A DNA stretch of 64,000 bases. Origin: Azolla caroliniana (taxonomy: Eukaryota; Plantae; Polypodiophyta). Both the position numbers and the translations under genes were made by a program. This document shows, piece by piece, positions 11,901-24,200 of the stretch (position 1 is its first letter; each line of letters opens with the position of its first letter). The stretch is taken from assembly GCA_043228905.1 (NCBI GenBank), contig JBHGNT010000001.1, positions 17,670,001-17,734,000 on the forward strand. The letters run 5' to 3'. The notes under the pieces were generated by a model that ran no database searches, was not told the origin of the DNA, and saw only the letters and a list, made by a program, of their open reading frames with translations.

Positions 11901-14314
11901 AGCACTCGAGGATCCGGCCGAAGACGGTGAAGAAAGAGAACCGGCCGAGGAAGATGAAAATGATACCGGAACCGTTCCCGATCCCGAAATGGATTCGGAT
12001 GAAGAAGAAGAATCAGAAGAACCGGTTACCGAAGCTCCGGAACGGAGATATCCTCTAAGAGAGAGAAGGGCCCCCCGGAGATTTCCGGAACCAGAGCACG
12101 TGCTGCTAACCGACGAAGGGGAGCCGGAGAGCTTTGAAGAAGCAAAGCATGACACCCAGAGCCGCAGGTGGTTGAGTGCCATGCAGGACGAGATGGATTC
12201 CCTGCATGAGAACCACACATATGAACTTGTGGAGTTGCCGAAAGGAAAACGGGCACTCCGTAACAAGTGGGTGTTCAAGCTGAAACCGGGAGATGCCGGA
12301 AACCCCCCGAGATACAAAGCCAGGATCGTGGTGAAGGGGTTTCAGCAGAAGAAGGGCGTCGACTTCGACGAGATATTTGCCCCGGTAGTGAAGATGACCT
12401 CCATCCGGACGGTGCTGAGCATAGCGGCAAGCATGGACCTCGAGGTAGAACAGATGGACGTGAAGACGGCATTCCTTCACGGTGACCTCGATGAAGAGAT
12501 CTACATGCAGCAACCGGAAGGATTCGAGAAGAAAGTGAAGGAGCACCTGGTATGCCGGTTGAAGAAGAGCCTTTACGGACTGAAGCAGGCTCCCCGGCAA
12601 TGGTACCGGAAGTTCGACTCCTTCATGACCGACGAAGGGTACCTCAAAACGCAGTCCGATCACTGCGTGTTTGTGAAGAAGTTCGAAGGAGGAGACTTTC
12701 TAATACTCCTCCTGTACGTGGACGACATGTTGATCGTCGGACGGGACCAGGTCAAGATCCGGATGCTGAAGAAGGCTCTTCACCGAACCTTCTCAATGAA
12801 GGACCTGGGTCCGGCGAGACAAATACTAGGGATGCACATCATCCGGGACCGGAAGAAGAAGCAGTTGTGGCTGTCACAGGAGAAGTACGTGACGAAGGTG
12901 CTTCACCGGTTCAACATGTCGGAAGCGAGACCGGTCGGATCGACCCTCCCGGCAAACTGCAAGCTGTCCAGCAAGCAAAGTCCCAAGACAAAGGCTGAAA
13001 AGGAGGATATGATGAAAGTGCCGTATGCCTCAGCCGTCGGGAGCTTGATGTACGCCATGGTGTGTACGAGACCGGACATCGGATATGCAGTCGGAGTGGC
13101 GAGCCGGTACATGAGCAATCCCGGTAAAGAGCATTGGAACGCGGCCAAGTGGATACTCCGATACCTGAAGGGCACAGCAAACGTGTGCCTCCGATTCGGC
13201 TCCGGAAAGCCCGAACTCGACGGCTTTACCGATTCGGATATGTCGGCTGATGCAGATACCAGCCGGTCCACATCAGGGTATGTGATGACGTATGCAGGGG
13301 GAGCTGTTTCATGGCAGTCGAGGCTGCAGAAGACGGTTGCGCTGTCAACCACGGAGGCGGAGTACATGGCGGCTGTTGAAGCCGGCAAGGAAATAATATG
13401 GATGAAGGACTTCATTGGAGAGCTCGGTATCCGGCAGAAGGAGTACCGACTCTACTGCGACAGTCAGAGTGCAATCCACCTTGCAAAGAACGCGGCCTAT
13501 CACTCCCGGACGAAGCACATCCAGCGAAGATATCACTGGATCCGGGAAAGGATAGAAGACAAGGAGTTCGTGCTGACGAAGATCCACACGGACGAGAACG
13601 GGTCGGATATGCTGACCAAGGTGCTCACACCCGACAAGCTGGAAGCATGCCGGAAGAGGATCGGATTGGAGAGACATCCCATGCCGAAGTGAAGGGGGAG
13701 TTTGTTGGGATTACGGTCCCTTCGTATGGGATGGACGGATATCGGAGATGAATGCCGACGAGCCCGGTTTCGGTTTCGGATCCGGATGACGAAGACCCTG
13801 GTTTCGGTACCGGATGACGAATGTACCCGGAGAGCGATCCGGATGCAGGGACATACCCGTGAATATGTTCGCTATGGGCCCCTGAGGCTACAGTTGTAAA
13901 TAGCCCAAAGTCATATAAGTATAAATATGACTTAGGGCAAACAGTTTTGATGTTGCTTCTCATTTTTCTGTTTTTCCACTTTAGAGGAGTGAAGAGAGAA
14001 AGCAGCCGTGAGAGAGAGAGATAGAGCGCGAGAGAGGAAGAGGTAGACGCCTCTGTGTATTTCCGCCGCCTGTGGCGAGGACAGCGAGCTCAAGGTCGTC
14101 GCCTTGCAGCTCGCCATTGTATACTTCTCTGTATAGTGTTGGTTTGGAGTCTCGTACTCCCGTGGTTTTTCCCATCTAGGGTTTTCCACGTTAATCCCTG
14201 TGTAAACGCGTCTCGTGTATTTCTTCTTTTGGTTCCTATTTTCTGCTCCATTGATCCGCGATTACTCGGTTGTGGCCGAGGGAAGAAGGTGAATACAAGC
14301 GGTGATTCCCAACA
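8975..14314 (+). mobile_element. Young full-length Ty1/copia element D
   Basis: 612-bp LTRs at 8975-9586 and 13703-14314 with no differences seen by eye. TSD TGATA. PBS TGGTATCAGAGC at 9590-9601. PPT GAAGGGGGAG at 13691-13700. Confidence 0.97.
9616..13692 (+). CDS. Copia gag-pol polyprotein with one in-frame TAA at 10123-10125
   Basis: Zinc knuckle CFHCGKPGHFRKNC, protease WVVDSGAS, integrase DNGGEY, RT LLYVDDML, RNase H TKHI. The ORFs on both sides of the stop share a frame. Confidence 0.92.
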
Positions 14315-17300
14315 TGATAGAGTGCTCCAAGGGGGTACGTAAAGTGTTCCTTTCAGAAGACCTTTTAGTAAAAGAATCTTGTGGGCTAGAAGTGTTCAAA
14401 AAAGCACTTGATAGCTCACAAAACCTTATTGTTACCTTGAGGCCTTATATACAAGGCCATGTAACTCTAAGAGATGAAGTGCCCTCCCCATTGAAGCCAA
14501 CAAAAAAGGTTTCCAAAGTCCAGTCAAGACCAGCAAAGAAGAAGACAACGAAAATGTCGGATACGGATTCAACAAGTGAAAATGAAGAGGAGGATAATAA
14601 GGGGACGCCAGGAGCTGAGCTGGCCTCGGGTGTTTTGTCATCCGAGCAGAATAAAATAAGGAGAGAGTTAATGCAACGGAAGTTGGTTAGGAAAGGGCAA
14701 GTATTTAATTTACCTATAACACACATCCATCGGCCCCCTATTGATGAAAATACAGGTCGAAGACCACTTGAGATTAGAGAGCCTCACCGCATGCATGTTC
14801 AAAATCTCAAGAAAAAAATGAAAATTAATCCTCATGCCACTGTGGTGCCTTTTATTGTTATGGTAGATCCTGAAGAATGTGAAACCATTGAAGATTTTGA
14901 TATTAGAAAACATGATCAATATAATTATTTTGTCATTGGTGGATCGCATTCAGCAGAGGCACGTCGGCAACTTGTGAGAGAACATCCAACGACTTTCTTC
15001 TTCAAGTATGCCGAGTGCAAAATTTATGTTGGGCTCACAACCGAAGAGGCTAAGCTGTTGGCATGGGACCATAATAATGATAATGACTATAGGCAGAAAA
15101 TGTTGTCCATTGAGCGTATACGGTTCTTCCACCACGAGTATTTAGATGTGAAACAAAAGTTTGGTGTGAAGTTACATCCAGGCCTTCGACGTCAATGTCT
15201 GCATGAAGTCGGCATTGTGGTAGATGATAATGTTAGGTCCGATGGTCTTCGAAAGTATGAGTCTTGGTTTCAATTGGCGTTTAGAGATGGAGAAGTATGG
15301 GACCTACAAGATCAAATCTTCTCAATGTGGGAGAATAAGGAGGTAAAGGGTCAACGACAAAAGAAATGTAGGGTTGACCCTCAACTAGAGTTAAAGTCAC
15401 AAGCCGCCAAGAAAATTGACTTGACAATTGAAGAAGCGGCAGATGACATGAAGCTGTCTCTATGGAGAGCGATGCAAGGTATTAAGGACGAGCAGCTTCT
15501 TGTGTCGGTTTTGTCAAGGGTTGTGGCGAAAGATTTAAGCCTTGAAGAAATGGTCACTGAGTTCAATAAGTAAGTCCCTCAAATACTGAAATTGTAGTCT
15601 ATCTAGTGTAATTCAAAGTTCTAATCTTGATTTCTAATTTTACAGTCATAAGGTGTACATGAAGATCCAAGAAGTTATGATGAAACAACTTGGATGTATA
15701 ACTTGGGAACAAGTGACCGAGGATTATCCTCTAACGTCTTCGTATAAGGCGTTATCAGAGTATTTTATTGCATTCAAGGATTGGGTTAGTATTCATGTTT
15801 TTTCATTACCCTTTCATCATATGTAGAGCTTGTATAATAATACCTGATGTCCTATTGCTTCTATTAGAAACCGTGTCGAGCAAGAAACAAGGAGAAGTTA
15901 AGGATATACACGATTTCCCTACATCCTTCCTTGCACATCTCGAACGAGCCAGAAAAGAAAAGGATCGTCGCTTAGTCAAGGCGTACGAAATGGAGGAAGA
16001 TGGCTCCTTTAAAAAATTTAGCCACAAAAAAGATATTACAAGAGATCTTTACTACAATGTGGTTTGCGGTGATGTCATCGACTTGATCCAGAAGGTGCCA
16101 AAGAAGGAATATACGCTAATGATTGCGGATATTCCTTACGGATTTCGAATGGCTGGGTCATCGTACGACGATGAACCGTTTAGGTTTAAACAATTGGAGA
16201 AGATGGTCAAGGATTTCGCTGAGCTAACGACCGCATCCTTGTGGCGAATAGTTGTCTTTCATAGTATGGACCAAGGGTACTCGGTAGCTCAAGCTTTGAG
16301 ATCTCGTTGCCATGGCATCGAGAACCTTGCATGGTAAGGATTATTTATAGGTGTCTTTCACTATATTGCATTTCTTAAGGTTGTTGAATCTATTCTTAAC
16401 TCAATGTATTATTTTTTATAGGATCAAGACCAATGTAAATAGAGGGCCAACTTTTCGGTTTGTTAATGCCATTGAATACATAACGGTTGGCTACTTCGAT
16501 GAAATTAAGAAACAGAGAATCAAAGAGCATTCTAATGAAGTGGGAAGTTCAAATTTGTTGGTATATCTAGCAGTGACTCGGAAATTGCGACATGTCACCA
16601 CGACAGAACGGGGACTTGTCAACCCATACCAAAAACCTCAACGACTTATGATGCGCTTGATCGAGATGTTTTCTGTCGAAGGAGACTGGATATTAGATCT
16701 CTTTTCTGGCACAGGTATTCCTCGAACTAGGGTAACGATCTTGAGATAACCAATCACTTTTTTTTCGTTTGACAACTAAATCTTCTTGTTACTTACATCA
16801 CAAGAACTACGTCAGCATGTGCATTGAAGCTGTTTAGAAATACAGTTGCATTGGAGAAGGACGAGGACCAAGTTATATTTATTAATATGCGGATTAAGGC
16901 TTTGTGGGAGTGCCCAGACCAGGATGAGGAGGTCGGTGCAAAGAACCTCGCCAATACAGAAAAGTTTCAACCTGCTTCGCGAGAGCCTATTCCTCCGTTA
17001 GCCGGCGAACCGGGGGAGCTAATAGAGCTTGATGATGAGCTTATAGAAGATATTTCGTTGGCTCGGCTAACAGGGGAAACCAATGCACGTATAGCCGAAG
17101 ACAGTTCTACACAAGATGATGAAGAAAATGACGTTGATGAATTGATTGCTATGTAATAGACTCTATGAAGAATATGACACTAACGATTTGTTAAGATTTC
17201 ACATTATTAATACAAATATTGGGTTTTACCTAGTGGATTCTATTCTTTATAATCTTCTATATGTTTCAATTTTATTTTTATATACTTGATTAGTAGATTT

Positions 17301-18168
17301 ATGACATTGGTTTCACCGCGTGCATAGCTGACTACCAAACTTATGGAGAAACATGAACTAGTTTAAATGGAGGCTGATTTTGGTCCAAGCTAACCTTAAC
17401 AGAACATGGCCCTATAATTGTTGCCATGACTGTCCATGTTGTTATTATGGATCTTTGTCTTCTATTGTTAAAACTATTATGTTTCTATTCCATTGCTGCT
17501 TAGATTGTGTAGTGTGTTGATAATGGTTCCAGTTGCGTTATCGTTCGGAGTTTGATCTTGTGTGAATCACCTAAGCAATAGAGTAGACCAATTATAAATA
17601 CATGTATGAAAGCCTAATAGGTTTGTTATTTCCACGACATTATCCTAAAGTTCACTGCCTTACATTGTGCACAATTATATACACATATGGTTTGATCTCA
17701 TATGAACAAACTGAGGAATAGATTAGATCAACTTTAAATACAAGTATTGAATACTTTAATAAGTTAGTTATTCCAATCACTTATCCTAATGTGCAGTATC
17801 CTACATTTTCCACAATTACATACATGCACGTATGGGTCAAAGTATAAATTATATCTCATTTTATTAGTATGGATACAAGTACACCTCATATTTTTGTAAA
17901 ACTTACCTAATTAATATAAGTCTTTAAGTTAGTGTTTCCCTTGTCGCACAGTAGTGCCATATTGAGCCATAGTTGAACTTTATTATGCCTACATTAACTT
18001 ATCAACATGTCTAAACTTGCATGATTTCTAATGATCTCCACTCGTAGATCTATCATGTATTTTTATATTTGGAAATTCTCATCAAGTTGAGGAACATGTG
18101 ATACTAGTGCATCCAATTTTTGTAGAGAGGGTGTATTTGCTTCGTTTTAAGAAGATTCTACAAGTGGA

Positions 18169-18204
18169 ATGCGCAATCCTTCCACTTGTGAACGCGAACG
18201 TGTT
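18169..18204 (-). repeat. Right terminal inverted repeat
   Basis: ATGCGCAATCCTTCCACTTGTGAACGCGAACGTGTT, the reverse complement of 3788-3823 with one mismatch. Confidence 0.95.
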
Positions 18205-21200
18205 GACAGAAGTATGGTGTACTTCAATGCTCACTCGAGCGTTTGACACTAACTACGAGAGTATTAACTCCCTAGTAGTCGAGCTGCTACTAGGCTTCCG
18301 ATTACCGATGGATCCGGCTAACCGGCTCCCTAGCTCACCGGCTCTTTTGCTCACTAGGTGCTCACCGGCTCACCAATCCGTCTCACTCACCGGCTCAGGC
18401 TTATTCAGCCGATCCGGCTCCAATTGAGCTTGCCGCTCAACACTCCTCCTCAAGCTCAACTTGAGGTCCGGTCGTAGTGTCAACGTTTGTGGCAACCTGT
18501 CCTTTTGCCCGGCTCCTTCTGGCGTTACTCCGCCTTACTCACGCTCCTCGTGCGCTCCGGTTCTGTTTGTTGTGACCCCTCTTGTTCTGCACACCTCGAC
18601 CTCTTCGGTCGGCTTGTCTGCTCAAGAGGCCCAATTCACCTCCCTCGCTGTTGTGACTTCGGCGCGTGCTGGTTCGCCAATTCCTTCGTGTTGGCGTTGA
18701 CTTTCGCAACCTTCTCGTCCTTTTGGCCTGGAATTGATCCGATCCTTGCAAATTTGTTTGTTCAACCGAATCGACTGTCTCCGATTCATTCCAGCTCTTG
18801 TCCAAATCGGTCGCTCCCGATTCGTCTTCCGATTCGAGGCCCTTCACCACATCGGACCATGTCCGGGTCTTGGCCTTCTTCCTTCGGTTGGCTCTGTCCA
18901 TCTTGACTCTGCCGCCGCTGCCGCTTGTTCCGACTTGTTCGGATGTGTGGACTTCCTTTGTCGACTCGGCTCCTTTCTTCTTCTTGTCTCTCCCTTTAGC
19001 GGTTCATCCCTCACCGGCGTAATCGACAGTCTCTTTCCCTTTGCCCGTTCGGGTGTTTTTACCCGTTCTCCCCCTCAAGTGTGGCACGTCGAGATGCTGA
19101 ACACCAAGCATTTCGGTGAAGTGCTACAACTTGTCCGATCCGAGTGGTTTGGTGAAGATGTGGGCAACTTGCCGATCCGTGTGAACATACCGAAGTTCGA
19201 CCTCACCGCTCAGGACACACTCACGCACGAAGTGATAGTGCACTTCTATGTGCTTTGTGCAAGCATGGAATACAGGGTTCTTGGCAAGCTGCATGCTACT
19301 TATGTTGTCCCAGTAGATCAGAATCGGGGTCGGTACCTTGATCCGTAGTTCTTGCAACAGTCGCCGAAGCCAAATGGCTTCACAGGTGGCAACAGTAGCG
19401 CCCCGATACTCAGCCTCAGTGCTCAACAGAGCAACTGTTGGCTGCATTTTGCTGGTCCACGCAACAACCGCGCTACCTAGGGAAAACATATAACCGGAGG
19501 TTGATCGGCGATCTGATGCATCGCTGGCCTAGTCGACATCTGTGTAACCGACCAGCTCTTCGGTTATACCTCGCCGGTACAACAGTCCCCGGTCATTCGT
19601 GCTGCTCACATACCGCAGTATTCGAAGCGCACTAAAGATGCTCTACGGTGGGCTTCTGCATGAATTGGCTAATCACACCGACCTGATAGTTGATGTCGAG
19701 TCGGGTGATGGTCAAATATATAAGGCTTCCGACAATTTGTCGGAACCGTTTCTCATCGCAGGCCGGTCCGGAGTTGGGATAGAGCTTCTGGTTCCGGTCC
19801 AAGGGTGTAGAGACAGGTCGACATTCTGTCATGCCGAACTTGTACAACATATTCAACACATAGTGCCTCTGGGACAGCAATATGCCGTCGGGCCGGCGTA
19901 ACCCACCGTTACCCGGTTTGAGGCCCTTCTTGGCCGGTTCGGTCTTCGGTGCCGAAGAACCGTCATTTTCCTTTCTGGAGTCGGATCTGCTTTGATACGA
20001 CTCATCATTACCGGTTTCATAATCCGGCATCTTCTTCTTCCCCTTCTCTTTGCGCATGAACCGTCTCCTCGGTTCCTTGGGCGGGGAGAGCACAGTAGAG
20101 TCTTCATTACTCGCCAGTTCCTCATCCGACTAGTCGGATTGACCCAGTCTCTCGCTCGGCCCACTCAACCGAAACAATTCTGAACTCTCTTCTTGAGTCC
20201 CGGATTCATCATCTTCTATCTGGACTAGTTCAAGCTCACTAGCCTCATCCTCCGGTATCAGGTCGGGGTCAAAAGTCGAAGCTGGTAAGGCATACCATGA
20301 TGCCGTCTCATCAAACTCAACATCGCGGCTAACTCGGACCTGCTTCATCCGGGGTTTTAACACTTATACCCCTTTTGCTCATGTGAGTAGCCGACGAGGA
20401 TGCACTTCACCGATTTTGCATCTAGCTTCCTCCACTTCTCATCCGGCACATGCACATATGTTATGCTGCCGAAAATCCGAAGGTGTCTCAAATTCCGCTT
20501 ATGCCCGAAATACAGCTCATGCGCAGACACCTTGTCACAGATCTGGTTTTGGATGTAGACGGCCGTCCGGACCACCTCCACCTAGTAGAAATGGGGCATG
20601 CTCTTCTCTTCCAGCATTGCCCTTGCTGCGTCGACAAGCGACCGGTTCTTCCTTTCGGCCACACTGTTTTGCTCCGGTGTGTATCTGCAGCTGAACTCTC
20701 TCCGAATTCTTGTTTGATGCAGATAACTCTTGAATTGGCCGGAAAAATATTCTTTTCCACCATCTGACTGCAGCACTTGATCTTCCTCTCCGATTCCCGT
20801 TCCACCATGCTCTGGAGGTTCCGGAAATAGTCGAAGACTTCGCTCTTCCGCTCAATGAGGTAGATCCATGTGTGCTGGCTATAGTCGTCGATGAAGGAGA
20901 CGAAGTATTGACTCCCACCAAGACTCACGTTCTATGCCGGTTCCCATACATCCGAATGAATAAGGTTGAGCTTTTTACGGCTACGGTTTTGTTCGGCGGG
21001 GAATGGAAGCCGGTGTTGCTTCCTGAGTTGGCAGGCTTCACATACTTCGGCCTTCCGGCCACTAAACTTCGGCAAACCAAAAACAACTTGTTTCGTCTGC
21101 AGGTCTTGAAGCCTTTGGTAATTGACGTGGCCGATCCGCTTGTGCCACAGGTCGATGTCCGATTCGACCTTCTGTCCTTTGGTGAACAAGGCGGTGCCGA

Positions 21201-21249
21201 TGTCATTGGTGTCGAGGATGAACATCCACCCATCTCTGCACCCTTGCAC

Positions 21250-24200
21250 TGACAGGAACTACACGCTCCCTTTGCACAACGCTCGGCCACAACCGAGCCT
21301 AGAATAATACACAGAAAACAAGGAATGAAACACAACACGATAGACAAAAGAGTACACAGGATGTTTACGCGGAAAACCCAAACTCGGGGAAAAACCACGG
21401 CAGCCCACAGGTTGCAAACTATCACTATGTTACAGTGTACAATAGTGAGCTCACGGAGGCAACGACCTCGTGCTCACGATCTTCGCCACAGGTGGCGGTT
21501 ACAACAGAGCCAACGACCTCTTCCTCTCTCTCTCTCTCTCTCAGTGTTACACGCTCTCAAGTCTTGCACCAACAGGAATGACAACCAACACTAAAGTTTG
21601 CCCTAAGTCATATTTATACTAATATGACTTTTCGGCTATTTACAAATATAGCCACGATTGACTCTCAGGAACATATTTACGAATATGTCTCTTCATCCGG
21701 TTCTCACCGGGTCTTCACCATCCGGAGGGACGTGGTTCCTAACAAACTCCCCCTTCACTCCGGCATGGGATGTCCTACTAGTCCGATCCGCTTCCGGCAT
21801 GCATCCAGCTTGTCGGGTATCAGTACTTTGGTCAGCATATCTGACCCGTTCTCGGCCGTGTGGACCTTCGTCAGCGCAAACTCCTGGTCATCTACTCTTT
21901 CCCGGATCCAGTGATACCTACGCTAGATATGCTTCGTTCGGGAATGGTAGGCCGCATTCTTAGCAAGGTGGATGGCACTTTGACTATCGCAATAGAGCCG
22001 GTATTCATCTTGCTGGATACTGAGCTCTCCGATGAAGTCCTTCATCCATAATATTTCCTTGCCGGCTTCCATAGCCGCCATGTACTCCGCCTCCGTGGTT
22101 GACAACGCAACCGTCTTCTGCAGCCTCGATGGCCACGAAACAACTCCCCCTGCATATGTCATTACATACCCGGATGTAGACCGGCTGGTATCCAAATCAG
22201 CCGACATGTCCGAATCGGTAAAACCGTCAAGTTGAGGTTTTCCGGAGCTGAATCGGAGACACATATTCGAATTGCCCTTTAAGTACCGGAGTATCCATTT
22301 GACCGCGTTCCCGTGCTCCTTGCCGGGTTTGCTCATAAACCGGTTCACCACTCTGACTGCGTAGCCTATATCCGGTCGAGTACACACCATTGCGTACATC
22401 AAGCTCCCGACGGTAGAAGCATATGGAACCTTCATCATATCAGGCTTCTCTGCTTTCTTCTTCGGGCTTTGCTTACTGGATAATCTGCAGTTTGCCGGGA
22501 GTGTCGATCCGACCGGTTTCGCATCTGACATGTTGAACCGGTGAAGCACCTTTGTCACGTACTTCTCCTGTGACAGCCACAATTGCTTCACTGACCGGTT
22601 CCTGATAATATGCATCCCCAACATCTGTCATGCCGGACCCAACTCTTCCATTGAGAAGGTCTGGTTGAGAGCCTTCTTCGGCATCTGTATTTTGGCTTGG
22701 TCCCGTCCGACGATCAACATGTCGTCCACGTACAGAAGGAGTATCAGGAAGTCACCTCCTTCGACCTTCTTCACAAACACGCAGTGATCGGCCTGCGTCT
22801 TGTGGTACCCTTGATCGTTCATGAAGGAGTCGAACTTCCTGTACCATCATTGGGGAGCCTGCTTCAGTCCGTACAGGCTCTTCTTCAACCGACATACCAG
22901 GTGCTCCTTCCCTTTCTCCACGAATCCTTCCGGTTGCTGCATGTAGATCTCCTCTTCGAGGTCGCCGTGAAGGAATGTCGTCTTCACGTCCAGCTGCTCT
23001 ACCTTGAGGTCCATGCTTGCCACTATACTCAGCACCGTCCGGATGGAGGTCATCTTTACTACCGGGGAAAATATCTCGGCGAAATCCACGCCCTTCTTCT
23101 GCTAGAACCCCTTCACCACGATCCTGGCTTTGTATCTCGGGGGGGTGCCGGTGTCTCCCGGTTTCAACTTGTACACCCACTTATTTCGGAGTGCCCGCTT
23201 TCCTTTTGGCAACTCCACCAATTCATACGTATGGTTCTCATGCAGGGAATCCATCTCATCCTGCATGGCACTTAACCATTTGCGGTTGTGGGCATCATCC
23301 TTTGCCTCTACGAAGCTTTCTGGCTCCCCCTCATCGGTTAGCAGCACATGCTTTGCATCCGGAAATCTCCGGGGGGCCCTTCTCTCTCTGAGAGGATATC
23401 TCCGTCTTTGGGCTTCGGTAACCGGCTCCTCCATTTTCTCTTTATCTGAATCCTTACCGTAACCAGCCGGTTCCTCGAGTGCTAACCGGTCTCTTGCCGG
23501 TTGGGACTGCTCATCGTAGAATCGATCCTTACCGGTCGACTTAGAGTTCATTATCTTCTTCTCCGACTCCCAGTCGGCGAGCGTCTTGTCCTCCATAAAG
23601 ATAATATCTCGACTCCGGAATACCTTCTTGTCGACCAGGTCCCACACTCGGTAGCTAAACTCATCGTTGCCGTAACCGAGGAATATGCATGGCCAGGTCT
23701 TTGGATCTAACTTTCCTCTCTGGTCCTTAGCTACATGCACATACACGAGACACCCGAACACCTTCAGATGCCAGTAGGACACTTCCTTACCGGTTCAGAC
23801 TCTCTGTGGCGTGTCTCCGTCCAAGGGTACTGAGGGTGATCTGTTTATCACATATGTCGCCGTCGACAGTGCCTCAGCCCAAAATTTCTTGGGTAGTTTT
23901 GCATTCGCCAGCATACTCCGGACCCTCTCCATTATGGTCCGGTTTATCCTCTCGGCCAGCCCGTTTAGTTCCGGCGTCTTGGGCATGGTAAATTCGAGTC
24001 GGATTCCCTTTGAGCGGTAGTACTCCTCGAACTGCCCCCGGTATTCACCTCCGTTATCTGCTCGAACCGCCTTCAGCTTCCGGCCGGTTTCTCTTTCCAC
24101 TCTCGCGTGGAGCTCTTTGAAGATGGATAGCACCTGATCCTTCGTCTTCAACAGTGTGGCCCACAACTTCCGGTTGTGGTCATCAATGAACGTCACGAAG

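Larger units (their letters stand above)
7779..17156 (+). pseudogene. Spliced gene for a ParB/Srx-like domain plus beta-class N6A/N4C DNA methyltransferase (~970 aa), disrupted by copia D
   Basis: Predicted exons: 7779-7813, 8587-8974+14320-15569, 15646-15784, ~15868-16333, 16422-16714, 16804-17156. Junctions 1/2, 2/3 and 4/5 are in-frame GT-AG. Junction 3/4 is off by one base and the last acceptor reads AA. Motifs: VIGGSHSAEA (14938), IADIPYG (16128), WIKTN..EYITVG, PYQKPQRLMMRLIEMFS..GDWILDLFSGTGTTSACALKLFRNTVALEKD. Confidence 0.85.
3788..18204. mobile_element. Sola-type cut-and-paste DNA transposon carrying a ParB-like/DNA methyltransferase gene
   Basis: 36-bp TIRs at 3788-3823 and 18169-18204 with one mismatch. 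4-bp TSD GACA at 3784-3787 and 18205-18208. Empty site GGACT-GACA-GAAGTA in the sister LTR at 27845-27859. Confidence 0.9.

Noticed and set aside
10220-13963. Many antisense and alternate-frame ORFs over pol genes (also 62350-63414)
   Set aside because: Shadow ORFs of GC-rich retroelement coding sequence with no recognisable motifs.
14302-17156. Bacterial contamination or restriction-modification operon
   Set aside because: The gene has GT-AG introns, no cognate nuclease is visible, and it is nested among plant retroelements with matching TSDs.
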